A stretch of 64,000 nt of DNA from Candidatus Peribacter sp. GTDB taxonomy: Bacteria; Patescibacteriota; Gracilibacteria; Peribacterales; Peribacteraceae. Positions 31,382 to 40,072 of this stretch are shown here, one piece after another. Below the pieces are notes generated by a model, which saw only the letters and a program-made list of their open reading frames with translations, had not been told where the DNA came from and searched no databases. Each line of letters begins with the position of its first letter. Within the stretch, counting starts at the first letter, position 1. The stretch spans positions 1,496-65,495 of the forward strand of contig JAUSKD010000030.1 in the NCBI GenBank assembly GCA_030647195.1, read 5' to 3'. The position numbers and the translations under genes were made by a program.

Positions 31382-32111
31382 CCTCAAAGATCGCATCATC
31401 GTCGTGACCGGCGGCGAGGGATTGCTTGGCAAAGAGTTGATTGCCCGGTGCCGTGAAGCCGGTGCCACGGCCATTTCCGCCGATATTCATTGTGAGACGG
31501 ATCTAGCGAAGGGAACCGTGCGCATGGATATCACGGATACGGACTCCATTCGTTCCTGTGTTGCCGAGGTCCAGAAGAAATTCGGTGCCCTGCACGGCTG
31601 GATCAACAACGCCTATCCGCGGACGGCCGATTGGGGACTCCCTTTTGAAAAAATTCCTCCTGCTTCGTGGGACCAGAATGTTGCGATGCATCTCGGCGGG
31701 TATTTCCGTTGCTGCCAGGTCGTATTGGAGCACATGAAGCAGGCCAAAGGCGGATCGCTGATCAATATCGGATCGATCTACGGATTTCATGCACCGGATT
31801 TTTCGGTGTACGAAGGGACGAGCATGACGATGCCCGCCGCCTACAGCGCGATCAAGGGCGGCGTCATCAATCTGACGCGCTATCTGGCGGCGTACTACGG
31901 ACCACACGGGGTGCGTGTGAATGCCATCTCGCCCGGGGGCATCTTCGATCAGCAACCGGAATCGTTCGTGAAGCGTTACGAGGCTCACACGCCGCTCGGC
32001 CGCATGGCCACGCCCAAGGACATCGCTCCGGCAGCGACATTCCTCCTCTCGGATTCCGCCCGCTACATCACGGGGCACAATCTGGTCGTGGATGGCGGTT
32101 GGTCACTCTGA
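31374..32111 (+). CDS. SDR oxidoreductase (PtmA-like)
   Basis: TGGEGLLG, NNAYP, SIYG, YSAIKGG, ITGHNLVVDGG. Confidence 0.88.
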   Translation: MSNLKDRIIVVTGGEGLLGKELIARCREAGATAISADIHCETDLAKGTVRMDITDTDSIRSCVAEVQKKFGALHGWINNAYPRTADWGLPFEKIPPASWDQNVAMHLGGYFRCCQVVLEHMKQAKGGSLINIGSIYGFHAPDFSVYEGTSMTMPAAYSAIKGGVINLTRYLAAYYGPHGVRVNAISPGGIFDQQPESFVKRYEAHTPLGRMATPKDIAPAATFLLSDSARYITGHNLVVDGGWSL

Positions 32112-33392
32112 TCACGCAACGGTGTACTTGAGCTTCCAGTCCCCGCCGGTTTTTTCCCACAGGCTGGGATCGCGGTAAGAGTCCACGGTCTCCCAGAATT
32201 TCTTTTCATCAAGATCGATGTATTGCAAAAAGTCCTTGAAGTAGCGGTGGGGAAACTCCCCCCGGAACCGGTTCACCAGTGCCACTCCCTCTTCCCGCGT
32301 GATCTCCCTGTTTCGGATTTCCTGCGCGGCATCTTGCGTCGCCCGTCCATAACCGAATTTGATGAGTGTCGTGTAGTAGAAGAAGTCGTCCGTGCGGTCA
32401 TCCAGACTGTTATATTTGCTGTAGGTGCCGGGCGTGCGTTCCGGCGCAGCTTCGAACCCGCAGTGCTTCACGGCGTAGTAATAGGTTTCCTGCGGGTGCC
32501 AGTTCAAGTAGTAGCCCAGGTAGTGGAATTCAATTTTCTTCTTTTTGATTTCATCCGGATCCGCCGGGAAGTACGGAGCCAGATCCCCTTTGGAGACGCC
32601 TTTTTCCAGGTAATCGGCGACCGAGACGCCACCGAGGTAGATCTGGTCGAGGTTTTTGCCCTGCAGAAAATCCAAGCGGAATCCTTCGCTATTCTTGTCA
32701 TCGGCATTGAACTTGTTCTGGTCGATTGCGACATTGGCGCCGTACTCTCCCGGACTCTCGCCGTAGAAGATCAGGGGGATGTTGTACTTGATGGCCATCT
32801 TCACGGCGAATGTCTTTTGTCCGAGGATGAACGGCTGGAACGGGTGGAGCAGGTGGAGGAAGGCGTTGCGCGTGAGCAGGCGGTGCGTCTTGCCGTTGGG
32901 GGTGAAGAGGTAGTTGTCGAAGCCGCCGACATGCAGCCAGTTCTGAAAATTGCGGAAACCGATGTCCGTGTACAGGTGCGGCGCCCAGGTGACGGTGAGC
33001 GGGTGCATGTCGTACTTGTACTTGAGGATGTGCGACGCGAAGCAGCTGTCCTTTCCGCCGCTGCCCGGTACGAGTATGTCATAGGAACCGTCTTTGCTCC
33101 GGTACTTCGCAAGGAGCTCGATGAGCTCCTTTTCCCGCTCCAGCCAATCAATGGTTCCGTCATACTTCGCCGCGCAAAACCGGCAGGCGCTGCAGACACC
33201 CTGCTCATCAAAGTCGATGTACCGGTGCTTGAGACGGATGTGATGCTGATATTCGTTGCAGGAGGTCGGCCGGGTATTGGGCATGACGCACTTTTTGCAG
33301 AACTTCACCGTTGCCGGCAAGCCGTATTGTCGCTCATCCAAACCGTCTGGTGCCGGTTGCAGCGCTGCGGCGATTTTGGATTGAGAATCCAT
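32112..33392 (-). CDS. N-acetyl sugar amidotransferase (second copy)
   Basis: CKKC..CSAC, SGGKDS, KFGYGRATQD, IRNREITREEG. Confidence 0.9.
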   Translation of the reverse strand: MDSQSKIAAALQPAPDGLDERQYGLPATVKFCKKCVMPNTRPTSCNEYQHHIRLKHRYIDFDEQGVCSACRFCAAKYDGTIDWLEREKELIELLAKYRSKDGSYDILVPGSGGKDSCFASHILKYKYDMHPLTVTWAPHLYTDIGFRNFQNWLHVGGFDNYLFTPNGKTHRLLTRNAFLHLLHPFQPFILGQKTFAVKMAIKYNIPLIFYGESPGEYGANVAIDQNKFNADDKNSEGFRLDFLQGKNLDQIYLGGVSVADYLEKGVSKGDLAPYFPADPDEIKKKKIEFHYLGYYLNWHPQETYYYAVKHCGFEAAPERTPGTYSKYNSLDDRTDDFFYYTTLIKFGYGRATQDAAQEIRNREITREEGVALVNRFRGEFPHRYFKDFLQYIDLDEKKFWETVDSYRDPSLWEKTGGDWKLKYTVA

Positions 33393-33413
33393 CCGGGTGT
33401 CGGAGGAGGTGGG

Positions 33414-34133
33414 TTACCGACGCGCGGCATTCTGCGCCAGCCGTACGAAATTATCAATGATGCGGATACCCATTTTACCGCTTTTCTCAGGGTGAAACTG
33501 GCAACCGATAATGTTGCCCTTTCCGATTACAGAAGCGAAGGTAAACCCGCCATACATTGTTTCGGCAAGGACGTGTGCCGGATCTTTTGGTTTCAGGAAG
33601 TACGAATGGATGAAGTACATATCCGCGCCGGCGTTCACCCCTTCGAGAACCGTTCCTTTCCATGCTTTGCCCCTCTCCTGTCCCTCTCCTGCCCCTCGAC
33701 TTTGCTCGGGGCACCCTCTCCCAGGGGGAGAGGGAACAAGGAGGGCGCTTTCTATGGAATTCCAGCCCATGTGCGGCGTCTTGGCGCCGTCTTTGAGCGG
33801 CGGAAAGTGCACCACTTCTCCCGGAAGTAAGCCCAGTCCCTCCCATTCGCCGAATTCATATCCTTTTTCCAGCAGTAACTGCGCACCGAGACAAATGCCG
33901 AGAATGGGCTTACCCTTCGCCGCCGCAGTTTTCACTTCATCCAGCAGGCCGCGGACCCGCAGCCCCTCCATGCCCGCCTCGAAGGCCCCCTGTCCCGGAA
34001 GAACGAGGGCGGCAGCATCGCGGATTTCTTTGGGATCCTCGCTCAAGCTGACATCCTGCGTGAAACGCTTGAGCGCCTTCATGGCGCTATGGATGTTCCC
34101 GATGCCGTAGTCGACGATGCAGATGCGGGCCAT
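33414..34133 (-). CDS. hisH: HisH-like amidotransferase with an in-frame repeat-derived insertion
   Basis: DYGIGN, GICLGAQ, QFHPEKS; extra segment VPSPPGRGCPEQSRGAGEGQERG. Confidence 0.88.
   Translation of the reverse strand: MARICIVDYGIGNIHSAMKALKRFTQDVSLSEDPKEIRDAAALVLPGQGAFEAGMEGLRVRGLLDEVKTAAAKGKPILGICLGAQLLLEKGYEFGEWEGLGLLPGEVVHFPPLKDGAKTPHMGWNSIESALLVPSPPGRGCPEQSRGAGEGQERGKAWKGTVLEGVNAGADMYFIHSYFLKPKDPAHVLAETMYGGFTFASVIGKGNIIGCQFHPEKSGKMGIRIIDNFVRLAQNAARR
33670..33735. repeat. Nested REP-like palindromic element inside hisH
   Basis: CCCTCTCC x3, inner hairpin gcccc-tcgactttgctc-ggggc, adjacent hairpin ccctctccc/gggagaggg. Confidence 0.75.
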
Positions 34134-34138
34134 GTGCG

Positions 34139-34900
34139 TTACGGGTGACGGATAGGAATGCGGTGTTCTGCCATTGTCTTCTTGAGGTCCGGAATGGCGT
34201 ATTCATCGTAGTGCAGGATAGACGCCACACATACCGCGTCAGCGTGACCGTCATTCACCGCCTCGGCCAGGGACATGCCGTCTTTCGCTCCGCCGTGAAT
34301 CACCACGGGAATATCCGCAATGGCCGTCACGGCGGCGAGCAGTTCCCGGTCATACCCTTTCTTCGTCCCATCGAAGTCTACGGAGGTCAGCAAGATCTCT
34401 CCTACACCCATGTCGAGTGCGCGCTTGATCCACTCGATGGCATCCAGCCCCGAGTGCTCGCGTCCTCCATCGGTGTACGCCTCCCAGTGCCCGGGGCTGC
34501 TGCGCTTTGCTTCAACCGAAAGAACAATGCACTGTGCGCCGAACTGGTGCACGGCTTCGGAGAGGAGCGTGGGATTGCGGGTCGCGTAGGTGTTGATCGC
34601 GACCTTGTCCGCTCCCGCGCGCAGGAAATTATTGATGTCATGCAGTGACTGGATGCCCCCGCCCATGGTGAGCGGGATGAAGAGCTCGTTCCCGATCGAG
34701 CGCATCAGGTCGAAGTCGGGACTGCGCTGGTAGAGCGAGGCGACGATATCCATGGCGATCAGTTCGTCCGCCCCCTGCTCGAAGTACTTGCGGGCGAGGT
34801 CCACGGGATTCCCGATGACGCGCAGCCCTTCCAGGTGGATACCCTTCACCACGTTGGGTCCTTTGATGTCGAGCCGGGGGATCAGGCGCACGCTATGCAC
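34139..34900 (-). CDS. hisF: HisF-like cyclase subunit (second copy)
   Basis: LIPRLDIKGPNVVKGIHLEGLR, DIVASLY, GADKVAIN, GEILLTSVD. Confidence 0.88.
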   Translation of the reverse strand: MHSVRLIPRLDIKGPNVVKGIHLEGLRVIGNPVDLARKYFEQGADELIAMDIVASLYQRSPDFDLMRSIGNELFIPLTMGGGIQSLHDINNFLRAGADKVAINTYATRNPTLLSEAVHQFGAQCIVLSVEAKRSSPGHWEAYTDGGREHSGLDAIEWIKRALDMGVGEILLTSVDFDGTKKGYDRELLAAVTAIADIPVVIHGGAKDGMSLAEAVNDGHADAVCVASILHYDEYAIPDLKKTMAEHRIPIRHP

Positions 34901-34941
34901 AGGACATAGTTTATTGAAAAACGTGCCAAAGGGTTATAGAT

Positions 34942-36018
34942 TTGCCTTCTGTTCGTATTTCCTTTCTTTTGCCCTTGGAGCCCTCTCCCCGCCCATCCGT
35001 ATTCGTCATCGCCGAGGCCGGTGTGAACCATAATGGCAAGGAGGATCTGGCCATGCGTCTGGTGGATGCCGCCAGCGATGCCGGGGCGGATGCCGTCAAA
35101 TTCCAGCTGTTCGATCCGGACGAGCTGGCCGGTGCGGCGCCTTTGGCCTCGTATCAGGAAGGCAAGGATGCCTGGCGCGATCAGAAAGAGATGCTCACTT
35201 CCCTCGTGCTGCCGAAGGATGCATACCGGCGGCTCGCCGACCGGGCAGCGGAGCGCAACATCGAGCTCATCGTGACCCCATTCGATATCGTGTCTGCCAA
35301 ATTTTTGCTTTCTCTCGATCTCAAAAAACTGAAAATCCCTTCCGGCGAAGTGACGAACCTTCCGTTTCTGCAAAACGTCGCCGCCCTTGGCGCCGATGTC
35401 ATTCTTTCCACGGGCATGTGTTCCCTTGAGGAGGTGCAGGAGGCCGTCGATATTTTCCGTACAACGAAAGTCCCACTGACCCTGCTCCACTGCGTCAGCG
35501 CCTACCCCGCGCCCACCGACCAAATCAATCTTCGGGCCATGGAGACGCTCCGTCAGGCATTCCGTGTTCCCGTCGGCTATTCCGACCACACCGCAGGCAT
35601 AGCAGTGGCTTTGACTGCCGCGGCATTGGGCGCACAGGTTCTCGAAAAGCATTTCACGCTCGACCGCACACTGCCGGGCCCCGACCACGCGGCATCGCTG
35701 GAACCCGGGGAACTCACGCAGATGATTCGTATCATCAGGGATGCAGAGGCTCTGAAGAACGTGTCCATCCTTCAGGAAGCCCTCGGGACAGGCGAGAAAA
35801 AATGTCAGCCGTGCGAAGAGGATGTGCGCTCCGTTGCGCGCCGGAGCGTGGTGGCTGCCCGCGATCTTTCGAAAGACCAGACTCTCACTGCGGAAATGGT
35901 CGCCGTGCGCAGGCCGGGCACCGGGATCGCACCGAAATTCCTGCAGGATGTCATCGGCAAGAAGCCCAAGAAGGATATGCTGTCCGGGACATCGCTCACC
36001 TGGGACCTGCTCGCATGA
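34942..36018 (+). CDS. neuB: Nonulosonate synthase, NeuB/LegI-like (start uncertain; no ATG)
   Basis: IAEAGVNHNG, KIPSGEVTN, GYSDHT, EKHFTLDR, GPDHAASLEP, SAF domain. Confidence 0.9.
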   Translation: MPSVRISFLLPLEPSPRPSVFVIAEAGVNHNGKEDLAMRLVDAASDAGADAVKFQLFDPDELAGAAPLASYQEGKDAWRDQKEMLTSLVLPKDAYRRLADRAAERNIELIVTPFDIVSAKFLLSLDLKKLKIPSGEVTNLPFLQNVAALGADVILSTGMCSLEEVQEAVDIFRTTKVPLTLLHCVSAYPAPTDQINLRAMETLRQAFRVPVGYSDHTAGIAVALTAAALGAQVLEKHFTLDRTLPGPDHAASLEPGELTQMIRIIRDAEALKNVSILQEALGTGEKKCQPCEEDVRSVARRSVVAARDLSKDQTLTAEMVAVRRPGTGIAPKFLQDVIGKKPKKDMLSGTSLTWDLLA

Positions 36019-37163
36019 AGACCATCCTCGCCATCACCGGCACGCGCGCGGATTACGGGATCTACGTTCCGGTCTTTCGGGCGATTGAGCGCATGAAAGA
36101 TCTGAAGCTCGAAGTAGTGGCAGTGGGGATGCACCTGAAGAAAGAATTCGGCTCGACCATCGACGAGATCCGCCGTGACGGATTCCACATTGCCGCCGAG
36201 GTGGATACGCTCACGCTCGAGGATACCCCTGCGTCGATGGCGGAATTTGTGGGCAGAACGACGGTCGAGTGCGCGCGCATCTTTGCCGAACGCAAGCCCT
36301 CCCTGGTTCTGGTGCTGGGGGATCGCGGCGAGCAGCTGGCGGCGACCGTTGCGGCAGCGTACCTCGATATCCCCGTCGCGCAGTTGCATGCGGGCGAGCT
36401 CTCGGGGTCCGTGGATGACGCCGTGCGTCATGCCATCTCACAATTGGCCTCGGTTCACTGTACCTCGACGGAAGAGGATGCGGAGCGCGTGCGGCATATG
36501 CTCGGCAATCGTGCCAGACAGGTGCACTGCACGGGTGCTCCCGCGCTCGATACGATCGCGTCGGTTACGCTGACTCCGAAAGAAAAATTACTCACGGAAG
36601 CCGGGTTGCCGGCCACTGGTTCCCTTCTGCTCTTTCTGCAGCACCCCGATACGCTCGATCCGCTGTCTCCCGCGCAGCAACTTGGATCCTCACTCAAGGC
36701 ACTGGAGTCGTTTGACGGGAACATCGTGATCTTCGGATCGAATGCGGATGCCGGCGGCGTTTTGATGAATGAGACACTCAGAGAATTTGCGAAGAAAAGG
36801 AAGAACACACGGTTCGTGCAGAGCGTCCCGCACGCCACATTCCTTTCGTGGATGGCGGCGGCGGACGTGCTGATCGGCAACAGTTCGAGCGGAATCATCG
36901 AGGCGGCGTCCTTCCGCCTGCCCGTCGTGAACATCGGCGGACGCCAGCAGGGACGGACCCGTTCGGGGAACGTCCTCGACGTGCCGTACGATGCCGACCG
37001 CATCCACAAGGCGATTCAGGGCGCGCTCAGCGATGCGACGTTCCGTGCGAAACTCACACAGTGCAGGAATCTCTATGGCGACGGAAAGGCGAGCGGGCGC
37101 ATTGCCGATATTCTCCACGCCTTCCTCATGGAGCGCCCAGAGGCTTACGGCTACACTGCATGA
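36015..37163 (+). CDS. neuC: Hydrolysing NDP-sugar 2-epimerase (NeuC/LegG-like)
   Basis: TGTRADYG, GMHL, LGDRGE, RHAISQLA, GNSSSGIIEA, GGRQQGR. Confidence 0.9.
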   Translation: MKTILAITGTRADYGIYVPVFRAIERMKDLKLEVVAVGMHLKKEFGSTIDEIRRDGFHIAAEVDTLTLEDTPASMAEFVGRTTVECARIFAERKPSLVLVLGDRGEQLAATVAAAYLDIPVAQLHAGELSGSVDDAVRHAISQLASVHCTSTEEDAERVRHMLGNRARQVHCTGAPALDTIASVTLTPKEKLLTEAGLPATGSLLLFLQHPDTLDPLSPAQQLGSSLKALESFDGNIVIFGSNADAGGVLMNETLREFAKKRKNTRFVQSVPHATFLSWMAAADVLIGNSSSGIIEAASFRLPVVNIGGRQQGRTRSGNVLDVPYDADRIHKAIQGALSDATFRAKLTQCRNLYGDGKASGRIADILHAFLMERPEAYGYTA

Positions 37164-37786
37164 TCATGACACTTCTTCCCCTCGTCCTGTTCGGCGCCGG
37201 AGGCCACGGCAAAGTTGTCGCCGATGCCGCAGCGGGCAACTGGCGAGTGATCGGATTCATCGATGACACGCGCACGGGGGAGCATGGCGGGTACCCGATT
37301 CTTGGTAACCAAAAAGCGCTGGAGCATCTGAAGAAGGAAGGAGCGCACTGCATCGTTTCCATCGGCGACTGTGCCGGACGGGCAAAGACACAGGAGATGC
37401 TGGAAAAAATGGGATTCACCATGGCGACGGTCATCCATCCTTCCGCGACCGTTTCCAAAAGTGCTCGCATCGCAGCGGGGAGCGCCGTTCTCGCGCAGAC
37501 AACTGTCGGCCCGGATGCCGTATTGGGCAAGGGGTGCATCGTGAATACCTGCGCTTCGGTCGATCACGATTGCGCGGTGGGGGACTACACGCACATTGCG
37601 CCGGGGGCGCATGTCGCAGGCGGCGTCACCATCGGCACACAGACATTTGTGGGGATCGGGAGCTGCGTCCGTGAATACTGTTCCATCGGCAGTCGTGTCG
37701 TCGTCGGAGCGGGGGCGGCGGTCGTCACCGATTTCGGTGATGATGTCACGGTTTTGGGGGTACCGGCGGTCGTGAAAGGCCGGTAA
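37160..37786 (+). CDS. NeuD/PglD-family sugar acetyltransferase
   Basis: GAGGHGKVV, hexapeptide repeats, VDHDC, GVPA. Confidence 0.88.
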   Translation: MIMTLLPLVLFGAGGHGKVVADAAAGNWRVIGFIDDTRTGEHGGYPILGNQKALEHLKKEGAHCIVSIGDCAGRAKTQEMLEKMGFTMATVIHPSATVSKSARIAAGSAVLAQTTVGPDAVLGKGCIVNTCASVDHDCAVGDYTHIAPGAHVAGGVTIGTQTFVGIGSCVREYCSIGSRVVVGAGAAVVTDFGDDVTVLGVPAVVKGR

Positions 37787-37828
37787 ACGTTCGCATCATC
37801 CATGGCGTTTGGGCTATCGTGTCCTCTG

Positions 37829-38962
37829 ATGCAGCAGATGATTCCCCTCTCCATACCGGATTTGAGCGAGGAGGATATTCAGGCGGTCGTGGCCGTCCTT
37901 CGCACGCCCCAGCTCTCGCTCGGGCCCAAACTGCGGGAGTTTGAGCAGCAGTTTGCAGCGTTCGTCGGTACGAAAGAGGCGGTTGCGGTGAACAGCGGAA
38001 CGTCTGCGCTCCATCTCGCCATGCGCGGGCTCGCTATTCACGACGGGGACGAGGTGATCACGACGCCTTTCAGCTTCATCGCCTCCGCCAACTGCATTCT
38101 GTTCGAGCGGGCAAAGCCGGTGTTCGTCGACATTCTGCCGGGTACGATGTGCATCGATCCTGCGAAAGTCGAGGCGGCCATCACGCCGCGCACGAAGGCG
38201 ATTCTCGCGGTGGATGTGTTTGGCTATCTGGCGGACTGGGAAGCCCTTCGGGCGATCGCAGACAAGCATCACCTGCTTCTCATCGAGGACAGCTGCGAGG
38301 CCATGGGATCGGAACGCAGCGGAAAATGTGCAGGCTCCTTCGCCGACTGCGCCGTGTTCGGGTTCTATCCCAACAAGCAGATGACGACCGGCGAAGGGGG
38401 GATGCTGGTGACGGATCGTCCGGAGCTGGCGAAGATGGCGCGCTCTCTCCGTAATCAGGGGCGCGACGACGAAGATGCGTTTCTGATCCACCATCGTCTG
38501 GGGTTCAACTATCGCATCAGCGATATCAACTGCGCGCTCGGCATAAGCCAGCTCAAGAAACTGCCCGCGATGATCGCCCGCCGCGCGCAGGTTGCGCAGT
38601 GGTACAGAGAAGGATTGGCGGATGTTTCGGAAAATGTTTCCGTCCCTGCGGATCAGGAAGGGGTGAACATCAGCTGGTTCGTTTTCGTGATCCGGCTCGC
38701 CGATCGCTACACCTCACGCGACCGCGATGCACTGAAGCAGCACCTCAGGGACCACGGAATCGGGTGCAACGTGTACTTCCCCTGCATCCATTTGCAGCCG
38801 TTCTATCAGGAGGAATATGGTTTCAAGGAGGGGGATTTTCCCATAACTGAACACATCGCGGAGCGCACACTTGCGCTTCCCTTTTCGTCCCGAATGTCGG
38901 CGAAGGACGTTGCGCAAGTCTGCGAAACGTTGAAAGATGGGCTCTTGCATCTTCCCTCGTAA
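37829..38962 (+). CDS. DegT/DnrJ/EryC1/StrS aminotransferase
   Basis: NSGTSALH, EDSCEAMG, GFYPNKQMTTGEGG, LGFNYR. Confidence 0.9.
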   Translation: MQQMIPLSIPDLSEEDIQAVVAVLRTPQLSLGPKLREFEQQFAAFVGTKEAVAVNSGTSALHLAMRGLAIHDGDEVITTPFSFIASANCILFERAKPVFVDILPGTMCIDPAKVEAAITPRTKAILAVDVFGYLADWEALRAIADKHHLLLIEDSCEAMGSERSGKCAGSFADCAVFGFYPNKQMTTGEGGMLVTDRPELAKMARSLRNQGRDDEDAFLIHHRLGFNYRISDINCALGISQLKKLPAMIARRAQVAQWYREGLADVSENVSVPADQEGVNISWFVFVIRLADRYTSRDRDALKQHLRDHGIGCNVYFPCIHLQPFYQEEYGFKEGDFPITEHIAERTLALPFSSRMSAKDVAQVCETLKDGLLHLPS

Positions 38963-38966
38963 ATCC

Positions 38967-40022
38967 ATGTCTTTCTTTCAGGGTAAAACCATTCTCGTCA
39001 CCGGCGGCACCGGATCCATCGGATCGGAGGTGGTGCGCCAACTCCTCGCGCTTCACCCCAAGGCGATCCGGGTCCTGTCGCGCGATGAGCACAAGCAATA
39101 TCTGTTTCAGCAGGAATTGGGAACGGAGGCACAGCCCATCGTTCGCTATCTGCTCGGGGATATCCGTGACTATGCGCGTCTGCTCCGGGCGATGGAGGGG
39201 GTGGATTACGTTTTTCACTGTGCGGCGTACAAGCACGTTCCCTTCTGTGAATACAATTCCTTTGAGGCGGTGAAGACGAACGTCATCGGGACGCAGAATA
39301 TGATCGATGCGGCAATCGCACAGGGCGTGAGCCGCGTATTGCTCATCTCGACCGACAAGGCGGCCAGTCCCTCGAACGTTATGGGCGCCACCAAGCTGCT
39401 CGCGGAGAAGATGATGACCTCGGCCATGAATTTCTCCGGTGACCGGCCCATCCGTTTCGCGAGTGTGCGTTTCGGCAATGTTCTCGCATCGCGCGGTTCC
39501 GTTCTGCCTCTCTTCTGCAGGCAGATTGAGCACGGCGGTCCCGTCACCGTCACGAATCCCGAGATGATCCGGTTCTTCATGTCCATTCCGCAGGCCGTCT
39601 CCCTCCTCTTCCGTGCCATGGAGCGCATGGAAGGAGGGGAGCTCTTCATCCTCAAAATGCCGGTTCTGCGTCTGGGGGACATGATCGATGTCCTGATCGA
39701 GGAACTGGCTCCGCGCTTCGGACTCACACCCTCTTCGATCAAGCGTCAGGTGATCGGGGCACGCCCCGGGGAGAAGACGGAAGAGATCCTGATGACCACC
39801 GAAGAGTCGCAGTACGCCATCGAAGAGAGCGATATGTTCGTCGTGCGTCCGCCGATTCTGCTTGCGGATGGCAAGTGGAGCGATACCGCCAAGAAGAGCC
39901 CCATGCAGAGCGGAGATACCGCGCACGCCAAGCCCATGACCAAAGAGCAGATCCGCACGCTGCTCTCCACCGTGCTTACGGAGTACTTTCAGCGACGGCG
40001 GCACGATCCGGAATCCGCCTGA
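38967..40022 (+). CDS. NDP-sugar 4,6-dehydratase (CapD/PglF catalytic-domain family)
   Basis: TGGTGSIG, HCAAYKHVP, STDKA, MGATKL, RFGNVLASRGSV, RPGEK. Confidence 0.88.
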   Translation: MSFFQGKTILVTGGTGSIGSEVVRQLLALHPKAIRVLSRDEHKQYLFQQELGTEAQPIVRYLLGDIRDYARLLRAMEGVDYVFHCAAYKHVPFCEYNSFEAVKTNVIGTQNMIDAAIAQGVSRVLLISTDKAASPSNVMGATKLLAEKMMTSAMNFSGDRPIRFASVRFGNVLASRGSVLPLFCRQIEHGGPVTVTNPEMIRFFMSIPQAVSLLFRAMERMEGGELFILKMPVLRLGDMIDVLIEELAPRFGLTPSSIKRQVIGARPGEKTEEILMTTEESQYAIEESDMFVVRPPILLADGKWSDTAKKSPMQSGDTAHAKPMTKEQIRTLLSTVLTEYFQRRRHDPESA

Positions 40023-40072
40023 GGCTGGCCATCTCGTTGTTTTCTGAATGAGAGATTGTAGAATCTCATAAC

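Noticed and set aside
27064-34900. hisH/hisF as histidine biosynthesis genes
   Set aside because: Both pairs adjoin N-acetyl sugar amidotransferases, no other his genes are present, and one HisF lacks the catalytic Asp
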